Origin: Marsupella aquatica
Taxonomy: Eukaryota > Plantae > Marchantiophyta
DNA: 64,000 bases
Reading direction: 5' to 3'
Assembly: GCA_973895155.1 (NCBI GenBank)
Contig: OZ316897.1
Coordinates: forward strand, 20,525,224 to 20,589,223
Part shown: positions 27,811 to 39,686 of the stretch, one piece after another
Layout: the number at the start of each line of letters is the position of its first letter
Position numbering within the stretch: position 1 is the stretch's first letter
The notes under the pieces: model-generated
Seen by the model: only the letters and a program-made list of their open reading frames with translations
Database searches by the model: none
What the model was told of the DNA's origin: nothing
Position numbers and translations under genes: made by a program

Positions 27811-30800
27811 GGTAGACGTCTGTAGGGCAGCCACAAGCCCATCCAAGAGGGTAGATGTCTGTAGGGCAGCCAAAGGGGACGATACCCAGGGGAGGAACCC
27901 CTCATAGGCTCATACTCTCTTTGCCGGCAAAATTAAAATTCCTGTCTAACTGCATCAAACAAATACGTCCGGCAGGACATACCTGCTCCACCCAACACAA
28001 GCCGTGAGATGGCTTTTTGGGGAGGTAGAATCTGACGAAATTCCGATCTCAAAATAGGCTCATACGAGCAAACCGTCCGACATCCAGCTATGTTGTCAAA
28101 GAATGAACTAAAAGCGCAAAAGAGATGCGCCCATTTCATGGGGTTTGCCTATGCAGTCTTTCAGTCAACGCGAAAGGCCAAAAGTGGATGACGGATTGGG
28201 CGTCTGTGGACAGAATTTGAACACTCAGCTCAAACGCTGGGTTCTTCGAGTTTCTTTGATTATTGAATGCCCGGACACTTACCGGTTTGGTGCGCGCGTG
28301 CGTTTATTTTTGGGCAGTCGATCCACCAAGAGTTCACTCCATGGTTTTTGGGTACATAAATTTGTATTTCTGTCAATCTAAAGTAGTAAAGTGACTCAAG
28401 AGTGTCACTTGTTGTTCTAAAGATAGACTGCCGACCACATATCTTTTGAACGAAAGTTAAACTAATATAAATCCCTCGAATGAAAGAGCCAAAGTTGGGG
28501 CATATTTTGAACACAGCTGGTGGTGTTGCGTAAGTTCTATACAAAATAAGAATTTCACATTTAACTGGGCCCACTGCTCACTTTGCCATGTAAAATGGTA
28601 GATACCATACCTTTCCCCAGCTCTTGGAAAGTCATTCGCAACGTTTCAACTCATTTGAAGGTCCCAATTAATCTAAAAACAGGACGTAACTAGGCAAGGG
28701 ACCCACAAGTTCCTGTCAAGCTACCATATTCACAAGAAGTAGGTACTTACCTTTGGTACCAATCTCACGCGTAGTACAGTCTGCTCTGATCACACCCACA
28801 ATTCAACTCGAAGCAAACCCACAATTGTTTTTGTTTGCGCAAGCGTTTGAAGAATAAAATTAAACTATATTATCGTGAGCAGCATGCTCTAAAAGTGACC
28901 CTGCCATGATTGTCAGATGTCTAATTTGTTGTTTGACTGGGACACTGGGTCGCTTGGACAGTGAACTCTCCTATGATTGTCAGATCTCATCCCTGTTGCT
29001 TGACTGGTGAACAGTATCTTGGACAAAGTTCGATTGTCCTGGAGAGAAGATTAAGCGACATTTTGTGTTTTCAGAGTTTGGACTGTATAGCAGCTGTGAT
29101 TCCGTGAAGAAACGTTCCCAGGTAGCTTCAATCCGTCATGCTTTATCCCAACACAGGGCCATGAAATGTTTCGAACAGTCACGATTTCAGTTCATAAGCT
29201 GCGGTAACAATTTGAATCAATTTTTTCCAATCCCCGCTCGTACTACAACGTCGGCAAGACCTTCAAACTTAGTACATAGATTGGAATTGGCAATTAAGAT
29301 TCGAAGAACCATTACAAAAGAATGGGAGCAACATCAAACCTCGCCTGATTCTATTGAAGTCGCTACGATTCCAGCAAGTATTTATGTCAAGTTAGGTTTT
29401 TCCATGTAGAAAAGAGCGAATGTATAATTTCGGCGTTTTTTGCACGTTTGATTTGAAGGAATGAACGTGATAGCGAATGAATGTGAAGTCGGGTGTGAAG
29501 TCAGGATCGCTGGCTGATTACTTCGATCAATGTAAACCACCTCGCATCTGTCAATTTCGTTTGTGTATGTCATGATTTGCATGCTTAGCGTTTGGCACTG
29601 TCGGTTGTCTGCGCACATGCGAGCGTCACTCTCGGTCGACCCATCATGTCGACGGGCTTGCCTCTTTACAAGGTTTCAGGCGAGGGAACGACCTGCAGCT
29701 ACTCAATAGACCGTGCCTCTAAAACTATTCGTTGCAGAGGGGCATCTGTCGAAAGGTTTCTTGGAATGACACTGATGGTGTAAACAATTCACAATCATGA
29801 CGTCGACACGGGACCCAGTTGGTGTGTGCCATAATCCAAAAGCTTGGTAATCCGATAAGCTGCTGAACAGCAACACTCAGAATCACCAATTTCAGCAAAC
29901 ATCAGCTCTGGTTACGGACGAATGACAGCCTATATTCAATTCCTGCATCTCACAAGTAACAAAATTCGATGGATTTGGACATGTGAAACAGAACGTGGAC
30001 CATGAAGTCAGGATGATGTGGTTAGTCCACGAAATGCACGCTTGCAGTATAATGCCCTGCTCTGGTTTCATTATGGTCCTTGCTTGCACATGCCCTCCTT
30101 CCTGGCCAGGCTTGAACAAAGCGCCATGTTTCTTTGCAATACCCGCAGTCTGATGTTCGGAAATGCGCTTTCTCGTCGTTGCAATTTCACATCGAGACAT
30201 CGAGTCAACGTCTACCCGGTAAGTCCTACACGACTGGGAATCTTTCGAATTCACTAAAAACATTCATCAAAATTGGACCCCGTCGGTCGCAATTTCACCG
30301 TCAGTAACACTGCGAGGTCATCTATGTCATTCTACTATTGTACAACTTGCTCTTCCTGTTCTGGACTGGAACGAATATCACTTTCGGTTACATTCCCAAA
30401 AGTTTCTACCCTCAGTTCTACGCTGCCGTCGACACAGAAAGGAACACATCATTCTATGAACTTTAACACTGTTAGAATAATACAACGATTGCAATATTTT
30501 CATGGCGCATACAATCCAGCTCTTGTTGTCCTGTAGCTCCCAAGCCCATCGCGCAAGGAGGAAACAGACGTGGTCCTGTACTTTCCACTTATGCAAGTGT
30601 CAACAAAAGCAAAGCCAAACTAGAGGCCGAGACCTGGATTTGTACCATTCCTCTCTTCCAGAACAAGGAACTCAGCTACAATAGAAAGCGGGATCTTTCT
30701 TTCTGCAAGCTTCCACGCAGGTCCTGGAGTTAGCTGAGCTCTAATCACGTGCAAGGGTTGGTGCGTGCTTGTGGGGGAGGTCTCGACAGTCACAGCGTCG

Positions 30801-31552
30801 AGATCATTCTATTCACCAGCAGAGCATGTGTCCCACCAACTTCATCATTGAGCTACAAAATAGATTTCCGGGCAATACCGCAGAGATAAATTTTCGTCCA
30901 CATACTCAAAACATTATCTACATGTAACAAGTTAGATCCTGACAGACGGATTGCTCATTCACGTAGCTGTGGAGCTAGCTTGTCGGCCTATCTCATGCAG
31001 ATCAGAGATCCCATCTGTCATACTTGGCGTAGTCAGATTATTACAGTCATGCAATAAAGTGAAACCCCCAATGTCACGTGTGCTACAGGCCTCAACAGGC
31101 AAACTTCGCGGATCATGACGGTGCTTGTCTTCCATTTATCCATTGTCTGCTGCTCGAACAGGCATATGCCAGTTTCCCATGCAGTCAGCTGCAAAAGGTT
31201 TTCACTTTTTCTCGCTGAATTTAATCGTCATCAGTATTAGCAGATCTGAGCAACTCGCTGTAGAGTTTTGCATCGATTGCTCCGCTGGTTCAAAGAGTGG
31301 CTCAGTTGTGTGCACGACGTTCTGATGATCTGATCGTCTGTGCAGAGTGAATGAGCCGCTTTTATACCAATAAGTTTTGAATATTGGTGGACACATTGTG
31401 GATTGGTGAACACCTGGCATGTGTGCTGGCACTGTTTTTCTTAAGTTATTTTTTCCAGTATTTTCCCAAAGAAGTTAGCACTACTGATAATTTTCCCAGT
31501 ATTTTCCCAAAGAAGTGAGGGAGCCATCACTTTCGTCTGAATTTTTTAAAAT

Positions 31553-31694
31553 TGTTATACCCTAACTAGACTCCATGGTTACCTTAACTATAGTTACCGT
31601 ATAAGATAACTCGGACGGAGACTATATAAAGAGATGCACCCATTCATTCTATAGAGAGGAATCTCATTATCATTTCTCGCATCATTCCTCAACA
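31553..31694 (+). repeat. 5' LTR (142 bp)
   Basis: TGTTATACCCTAACTAGACTCC...CATTCCTCAACA with internal TATATAAA; differs from the 3' LTR by 2 substitutions and a 1-bp indel. Confidence 0.95.
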
Positions 31695-31709
31695 CGTTAT
31701 CAGCACGAC
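31695..31709 (+). promoter_or_regulatory. Primer-binding site complementary to the anticodon arm of tRNA-Ile (half-tRNA priming)
   Basis: CGTTATCAGCACGAC immediately after the LTR; it is the reverse complement of GUCGUGCU(I)AUAACG of plant tRNA-Ile(AAU), recalled from memory. Confidence 0.8.
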
Positions 31710-31824
31710 TCTAGACCAACTGAGCTTGATCATGAATTTTTTTTTAAGAATTTCCCTATGGCTATGATAAATGAATGTTCTCTTAAGAATTTCCAAGTTA
31801 TGGAGGCACTAGTATTTTAGGGCC

Positions 31825-32370
31825 ATTATCCGATAGCTATTCCGTCAGATCCCTTCGGAAACTTCATTTTGGAAAAATCAACTATCCGATGTAACCCGCT
31901 TCGCAATATCCCATCCAATCCTCATCGGACATCAACCATCGGACTTACTTTGGACTTTCCGTTGCTGATGCCGACGGACTTTCCGATTCCAACCCATTCG
32001 CAAACCTACACATCCGATCCAATACGTATCAGACACCAACAAACACACCTGTCTCAAAACGACCACTGTCCGATAGTAATGGTATGGGATAGTTCCATAG
32101 TTTTTGCTACGTACATTGCGATGCGTGGAGTATCGGAGTTTACGATATGGTTAGTATCGGAGTTTGCCTCTGGAGAATTATCGGATGTTGCGTTAGACCT
32201 GGTATCGGATATTGCAATGTAATGAGGTTTGGAAAATCCAATGACGGTGCCATCGGACACATTGTTTTGATGTTTTGGTTTTGTTGGAGGGGTCCGATGC
32301 GAAAAGGATCGGATGCTGCGAAGGGGATTGAAACGGAACGACCGATGAAGGTGCAAACGGACATCATAAC
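31825..32370. repeat. Left CACTA subterminal repeat region (TCCGAT/ATCGGA in both orientations)
   Basis: More than ten TCCGA/TCGGA motifs in ~550 bp; CpG-rich relative to the flanks. Confidence 0.85.
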
Positions 32371-32662
32371 GGATGGCTTTGTTACAATAGCTAGGGTTTC
32401 ATGGGTGGTTATTTTGGGTTTGAGAACATCAACCAATATATTACGGTCCAAAGGAGGCTCAAAACATGTGGTCAAAATCTCATATTGAAAAAGGGGATGA
32501 CCCCGATATGTACAGAATGGAATGGGCCTACCTAGTAGACCCATCTCGACGACTGTTTGCTCCATGGGAACACCTAAATGGAGCACTGAGTAGAGACTAC
32601 ACTCCATGGCACCTGCTAAGATCTAATCAAAGCTACCAGACCTACCTACACGGCACTAACCT

Positions 32663-35107
32663 CTAAAAAGGTGTGTTCCGTCCCTTCTTCTTCTTGTGGC
32701 GAGAGCGAAGCTGGGGAACAGGTGCGGGATCCACAACCGGTGGAGCCACCTGCTGACCAGATGGTGGGTCTAATCCTGTCCTACCCCCTGACCCACTAGA
32801 TGCACCGCTAGGCACGGTAGAAGTCCCACCAACCCCTGACACAGTAGAGTGAAAGGAGGCCTCGCCCCCCGGCAGACCTACTAGAGTGATGAGAGGCTGC
32901 GGCTGCAGATGATGCATGTGGCCCATGCCGTGCTGTACTGCCACCTGACTCACGAGATGGCGCTAGAACCCTAGAGCCACCATCGTCCAAGTCACCACTG
33001 CCTCGACAAGGGGGGCTAGGTGCAACAGATACTCCTCGACGAGGGGGGCTAGGTGCACCAGATACTCCTCGACGAGGGGGGTTAGGTGCAGAGCATACTC
33101 CTGAGCGATGGTGTGGGCCTGCACCACCTCTACTACCCCCTGAAGGCCCCGGCCTCACAGCCCGCGATGCTCCCCGTGACTGATGAGAGCTCACACCATC
33201 AACAGCATGTGACCCACCTCCCCTCCCTTCCAATGTGAGGGTAACATGAGGTATCTGGGCAGTAGGGGCAACTATAGGAACAGTCTGGGCAACTATAGGA
33301 ACAGCCCGGGAAACTCTAGGAATAGTCGCGGTAGCTCTAGGCTCCCTCTGCAACCCTGCCTCAGATGCTGAGTCCTCATCATCTGACTCCCCAGACCCCT
33401 CCTCCTCCTCCTGCACATTACAATTAATTAAAGTAAGGAACTTGGTCAAAACTCTACAAATGTAGCAATGCTCTAGCTAAGGAAAACATTATCCCAACTT
33501 AGGTAGGGGGAGGAAACAATTACCTCTCCCAGCTCTTCCTCAATCTGTCGCTTTAGAGCACGGGGTCCATCCCTTGCTGCTAGTTCCCTCTCTTTTGGAT
33601 CAATGGGACGACCATACTCCCTCTCCTGACATTTCAAAATTAAAAGACCACTTCAGCACAATAAATTTAGTTTCAACCATAAAATCCACTCCCTATACCA
33701 AACTTCTCCCTCTCAAAACTCTATGCCTTCTATAACTTCTATAACTTACTTCACCCCTAGCAAATACTCTAAACCCTAAAAAAATCACAAGTGAACTCAA
33801 GAAGGGGTCCATTCCGGAATTTCATGCAAGTCAAGCATCCCTATCCTATGCAATCAAAAAAAACCTAAACCCTACCCGTTTTAAACAAAATAAACCCAAA
33901 TTCACTCGAAATATACTCGTTCCGATGCAGCATCCGATGTGGATTCTATCGGACTGCTATCGGACCCCTCATCCGCTAAATTTGAATATTACTATGTCCG
34001 ATGCGGGTTCCGATGCGGGTTACAATGAACAAACATCGAACTTAACAGTCCCAAGAGCAAAACAAGGGGGATCGGAACGTGATAAAGCAAAACGGGACAA
34101 CCAAAATGTTCACTCTTCGCAAGAGAAGTCAGGTGGTCAGGGAGAGGAGCAAGGGAGGAGGGAGCTAGGAGGGAGGAGGGAGGAGCCACTTACAAACTCG
34201 GCCTTCAATCGATTGGAGCCGCCTTGCCCCATCCGGTGAGTCACAATGGGCCTCTCTTCTACTCGCTTCAATGCTGCTATGATGTTTGCAGGAGGTTTTT
34301 GAAGTCTTGCTGCTTGAGCTGCCCACTGTCAAAGGTTCAGTTGGAGGGGGCCATGTCAATATCCTCCCCGGCAGCTCGCTTTTCTTCTGCAATCCTGATT
34401 TTGTTCTCCCAATGTCGTCTCTTTAGCCAGGCTCGAACAGAGAGCTCCTCCTCAAGCCAAGCTGTCCATGAATCCTGGGGAATCACATCTGGACACTGGT
34501 GCTCCCTGACCACCTCTGCATCTATTGGCAAATCAGTAAGGTAATCCCTCATCTTCTCCCGCACATGATTCCTTGCATCTGAAACAGAGGCTGAAATTCG
34601 ACTGTTTAGAAATCTGTCTTCAAGGTGGGCTCCGTTCTTGAATCTTTCTTTGATCTGCTCCCGAACCCTGGTCCTCTCCTCCTCTGTTTTCTTACCCCAG
34701 TAGTCTAGTGGCCCAAAATTTGCCCTACCAACCTGCAAGAATTGGCTGCGGAACAAATTGTAGCTCCTAGGCATTGGAGCCCCACCTGAATTGATAGCCA
34801 GCTCAGGTTGCAGAGCCCTCTCAGCCTTCCTTCGCCTTTGCTCCTCAACTCGCAGCCTCTCTGCCTCCCTAGCTTCTCTTCGAAGCTTTTTCTCCCTTTT
34901 CCGAGGAGAGAGAGCCTCCTCACCATTTGGCCTAGCCCTCTCTGCCTCCTTTCTCTTCTTCCTTGCCTCTTTCTCTGCTGCGAGGCCTGCTGCAGCAGCC
35001 TTCTCTGCCTCACCTTTTGAGGCATCAAGCAAAACCTGAAGCACCGGGACTACTCTTGCTGCATCCTCCACTGAAAGCCCTGCCTTGGCCACAAACAACT
35101 CCCTCAT
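32663..35107 (-). pseudogene. CACTA ORF2/TnpA-like (Ptta/En-Spm Transposase_24-type) gene, frameshifted; exons ~35107-34194, 33625-33524, 33410-~32663
   Basis: Charged coiled-coil region, CPDVIPQDSWTAW and THRMGQGGSNRLKAEF before a GTAAGT donor; 102-bp exon EREYGRPIDPKERELAARDG; acidic then Pro/Arg-rich last exon with 33-bp repeats; frame break near 34337; true start may lie upstream of 35107. Confidence 0.65.
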
Positions 35108-36198
35108 TATCTCCTCATATGGCCGGGATGGCCCAGCCCCGTCACCCCATCACCCGATCCTCCTTCCCCCACCATCTGTCCTCCTTCCCGAGCTCCTCCC
35201 CTCTCGGCCTTAGAAAATTTTCTGAAATGACTGATGTGCGAAGGAAGCCCCGTAGTGTGCGCCTTCGCAAGCGTATCGGGATTTACGGATTTCAAATTTT
35301 GAATCAAGTCCGATTGTTTTCGCTTCGGAACGTCCGTAGCGTATAGTATCGAATGTCAAATCGGACCTACTAGACTACTGGGGTAAGAAAACAGAGGAGG
35401 AAGAAAGATTCAAGAACGGAGCCCACCTATCTTCCTTGCTTTTACAAAGTGTGATACGTTGGAAACGGTATCGGACCCCTCGTGTAATGTTATCGGATAG
35501 GGGGTTAAGTAGGGCTTATGTAGGGGTCATGTAGGTGTATGTGGGAAGGACCGGTTGTATTAACATTTAATCGTCATGTATGTTTGAATCAGGTTTTATA
35601 GGGCCATACATGTAGACACATACCGCAGGGGGTTGGCAACGGTGTCGTGGATGTGATATATCGACCTTCTTGCAATTTTGGGGTTTGTACCTGAATCCAG
35701 ATTTTTTTGTGATACTTTGGTTATCCATGTTCAATTTGCTAATATTCGTCTTTGGGTTTGATGTGCAGTACCTTGGTTTTGAAGGGGTGGTTAGGTTTTT
35801 GTATGGTGTTAGCTAGGTAGGTTATTTTGCAATGCACTATGCACAGTGTGAGACCGTGCATCCAAAAGGTATGATGCCCCATCCATTTATTCCTTGATCC
35901 TTTAGGCTATTTCAGGTTTGGCATGCAAGTTTTTATCATATGTGCTTGAGCTTGTTTTTGGCAATTGTAGATCATGCATGCTCATTATGAAAATGTCCAC
36001 CTTGCAGAGATTCTGGATATCCCCACACTAGAGAATACGGCCTAGTAGGCATGGCAGAGCGCAGGTATCATTGAGGTATAGCAAGTGTTGTATATATGTC
36101 TCTCATTCAATTGTTTTTCTAGACATAAATATTTGTCTTGCTGGTTTTTTTCTTTCATCCAACATATTGTCATGGTTGTATGATATATATGCAGATCG

Positions 36199-36432
36199 AT
36201 GTCTGCTTCCGATAGTTCCACATCGGATTCAGACTCAGACACGAGCTCGTCTGAGGAAGAGGTTCCTCCACCCCCTCCTCCAGACCAACCTCGTGCTCGG
36301 CCACTAGGGTCCATACCTTGTTGGTGTGTGAGATGTAAGGGACTTGTGGTTCGACATGCCTGGGAGACTTGTGAGCACATCAAGAACTATGGTCGCCACG
36401 AGGGTGATACACCAGGGTATTTGCCTAGCCAG
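36199..36432 (+). CDS. CACTA shared exon 1: acidic/Pro-rich N-terminus plus a transposase-associated Cys/His motif
   Basis: MSASDSSTSD...IPCWCVRCKGLVVRHAWETCEHIKNYG resembles the CxCxxC...H motif at the N-terminus of En/Spm TnpD; phase-0 donor CAG|GTAATA after 36432. Confidence 0.8.
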
Positions 36433-36561
36433 GTAATAAATACGTCCCTCCTTCATTCCATGAAATTCCAATAATTAGTCCACAAATGCTAAATTACTTT
36501 ACATCTAAACAACAATTCATGTATTGATTTGTGTCAAATCATTGTTTGTTGAAATAATTAG

Positions 36562-37522
36562 GTGCCTCGTAGACCCCCACCTCCTCTGGTTGATAATGCT
36601 ATGTGGTTGGAAGGGTTTCTAGCAAGGGCTAGTGAGTTGCTTGCATCTGCCCTTGCCCATCCACCTCTTAGTCCCCCTGCTCCTATCCCCACACATGCGC
36701 ATGTAGACGAGGATGCACCGGTCTCTCGACCCGAGGAAATGGATACTAGGGTCCTACGTACACATTCACGGTCTCGCAGACGTAGACGACAATATGAATC
36801 GGTGGAGCAGGTAGAGAATCGGGAGGAGGCGTTACGTAGTGATCGACCACCCAGAAATGGAGATTATATTTGTGTTGAGGGCCGGTTTGGACTATCTTAT
36901 CTCACTGGTAGGGCTGCTGATGTTTGGAAGGACTTTTCTCCTAGTCTCTTCAAATTTCCAGATTTCATTCATACTGATGAACCAGTTGACATATGGGGTC
37001 GGCCTTGGATAGTGAAGGCATCCTCTATTGGTGCTGATATAGGATATGGTCTATATGCTTTGGAGGACATTGTGGTCCCTCCAAAGCCATGGAGACGTGG
37101 ATATGATGGAGAGCACCTTTTCCCTTACATTGGGGCTGTATATAATGCAAAGAGTTGGAAGACTTTGTTGCATTAGCACCCAAGCTGGGGGGTGTACGCC
37201 TTGAGGATGGACTCAGACCCATATGAGGTTTTGACTAGGCGAGGTTTTGACTAGGCCGTGGCATTGTAGGATGATTGATGGTGACCCTATTCGGAATGGT
37301 AATTTAGCAGTGTACATCAATAGTACAACGGGTAGCGGTAGAGATTTTGAGGCTAATGTAGAGTGGATCCAAATTTTTGGCCCTCCTAGAGATCCGTATT
37401 TTGTGAAACATATGGATGACCATATCATGACCGTAGCCATTAGGACTATTAGAGCCGGTGAGGAGATATTGTGTGAGTATGAGTGGGACGCCCCAAAATT
37501 GTCCCTACGTTGCCGTCCATGA
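36562..37522 (+). pseudogene. SET-domain (lysine methyltransferase-like) exon inside the CACTA; one premature stop and one 16-bp duplication frameshift
   Basis: Motifs in SET order: GYGLYALEDI, PYIGAVY, YALRMD, IDGDPIRNGNLAVYINS, VAIRTIRAGEEILCEY; phase-0 acceptor TAG|GTG at 36561; stop TAG at 37174-37176; GAGGTTTTGACTAGGC duplicated at 37225-37256. Confidence 0.85.
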
Positions 37523-37580
37523 TAGTATGTTGGACTTACATGCATGTAAATCTTACATTGAATTAATGAGATTCATGATG

Positions 37581-37583
<3 letters not shown>

Positions 37584-37610
<27 letters not shown>
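37584..37610. repeat. (TA)n microsatellite
   Basis: Uninterrupted TATATA run just downstream of the SET exon stop. Confidence 0.95.
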
Positions 37611-37612
<2 letters not shown>

Positions 37613-37693
37613 ATGATTGTAATGAGATTAATGTTAATGAGATTGCATTGATGTTGTATGATAGAACCAATATGTACAATCTGATATTGGGGT

Positions 37694-38169
37694 CCCGGGT
37701 ACGCAACTCTTATATAATAGACAGGGGTCTACATTTTTATATGGACTAAAAAGTTGGCTATACAAAATAATTAAAATTTGAAAAAACCTGGGTTTTCCAC
37801 TTTTAAAAATTTTCAAGTCATATAAAAGGTTTGGTTTTCTTCTTTTTCCATATGAAATTAAAAAATATTCCTATACATGTTGTAATTTTTATTAAAATAT
37901 TTTTAAAATTTTAATAAAAATCCTAAAAAGCTGGCTAGTTTGGCTGTAGACCCCTGTATTAAAAAAAACCCATATAATTTGGTTTTGATCAACTTTTTGT
38001 ACATCAAAACATGTTTGGTTTTTTTTTTAAGTTACATTTTTGGATTCCTTGAGTTGAGAGGTACAAGACTTTAGTAGACTAAAATGAAATCTAAGATGGT
38101 CAATTGGATATAAGGCCATTATAAGGAATTAAAAACTTGCCTTATAAAAAGGGGAGTTGCATACCCGGG
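37694..38169. mobile_element. AT-rich MITE with CCCGGG termini in transposase exon 2
   Basis: TIR CCCGGGTACGCAACTC / GAGTTGCATACCCGGG; flanks ATTGGGGT and ATTGGGT (8-bp TSD with one G lost); removal restores NQYVQSDIGVILRAM. Confidence 0.85.
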
Positions 38170-38461
38170 ATTGGGTCATATTACGTGCTATGCGACAACA
38201 CATTGTTGAGGCCATGGTGGCCAACCATGGGCATGATGGAGGGATGCAGGAGGATGATGTACAACATGAGGGTGATAATCCTACTCAAGCACATCTGGAT
38301 GAGGAGAGGACCATGGATGAGCTCATGGACCAATTTTATGATGATGATGTTGATATTGGTATGGAGGATATGGGTACAACTGATGACAACACCACTCATC
38401 CAGGACCTTCTAGGGGGGGACAGAACAAGGATTGGGAGGAGGCTCAACGTCATGCTCGTAC

Positions 38462-38788
38462 CTCGGGGGGGTCACTATATGGAGGGCCATACATTGCGTG
38501 CGACGTTTTAGGGTTTGACCCCCCTAACTTTAAAGTGAATTTTTTTTTTTGCAAAGCCCTTTCTTTCTTAAAATTTTATCATTTTTTATTAAAAAACCCC
38601 TAAAAACTTTATAGAAAGTATTTTTTGCAATTAAATAGGCCTATGTGTTCTTTAAAGTCGACCAATCAATAAAACATGCCCTATGTGTTCTTCCACCAAA
38701 CTTTGGAAGTCTTCCGCCACACCCATTTAAATGGGCCTATACTTCGTCGCACGTGATGTGTCACTTCCGTGGAAGTGACCCCCCCGAG
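38462..38788 (+). mobile_element. CTCGGG-type MITE copy 1 (327 bp)
   Basis: TIR CTCGGGGGGGTCACT / AGTGACCCCCCCGAG; 8-bp TSD GCTCGTAC. Confidence 0.95.
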
Positions 38789-39354
38789 GCTCGTACTCGC
38801 ATATTTGAGGGTAGCACCTTATCTTGGCTCTCCGCAATAATGTTGTTGCTGAATGTGCAGCAAAGACATGGGGCCAGCAACCTACTTTTGGATGATGTTT
38901 TTCGTACCTTGCATGATCGTATTTTTCCACCAGGCAATACCATGCCAGCCTCTTGGAAGGAGGCAAAACAAGTGTTAAAGTCCATTGGCCTCAAGTATGT
39001 AGTGATACATGCATGTGTGAATGATTGCATTCTTTTTAGGGGGGAGCATCAGAATGCAACTGCATGTCCTAAGTGTGAGAAGCCGCGCTACCGTGATGAC
39101 ATGTTGACAGGGAAGGTGCCTCAAAAGGTTATGCGATACTTTCCTCTCATCCCCCGATTGCGACATCAATACCGTTGTGCAGAGTTAGCTGAGTACATGG
39201 TATGGCACTCAAAGAATCGTTCTGATATGGCTACGAACTCTAGTGCCATGCGGATGATGGTTGACTCTCCTGCCAATCGATTTGTTGAGGGCAGATGGGG
39301 GGAGTTCAGCACTGAACCACGACATGTTCAACTTGGCTTGGCAGCTGATGGTAT

Positions 39355-39686
39355 CTCGGGGGGGGTCACTATATGGAGGGCTCATACATCGCGTGCGACG
39401 TTTTAGGGTTTGACCCCCCTAACTTTAAAGTGAAAAATATTTTTTTGCAAAGCCCTTTCTTTCTTAAAATTTTGTCATTTTTTATTAAAAAACCCCTAAA
39501 AACTTTATAGAAAGTATTTTTTGCAATTAAATAGGCCTATGTGTTCTTTAAAGTCGACCAATCAATAAAACATGCCCTATGTGTTCTTCCACCAAACTTT
39601 GGAAGTCTTCCGCCACACCCATTTAAATGGGCCTATACTTCGTCGCACGTGATGTGTCACTTCCGTGGAAGTGACCCCCCCCCGAG
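39355..39686 (+). mobile_element. CTCGGG-type MITE copy 2 (332 bp)
   Basis: Same TIRs; 8-bp TSD GATGGTAT; splits the transposase ADGI|SPF motif. Confidence 0.95.

Noticed and set aside
31869-32607. Several overlapping 100-155 aa ORFs near the CACTA left end
   Set aside because: They overlap the subterminal repeat array and show no recognisable domain.
33770-33875. AAACCCTA telomere-like or telobox motifs in the CACTA intron
   Set aside because: Isolated single units that are common in plant DNA; not an interstitial telomeric array.
38645-38788. Identical N-termini MFFKVDQSIKHALC... in ORFs 38645 and 39541, suggesting a duplicated gene
   Set aside because: Both come from the MITE sequence read into flanking DNA.
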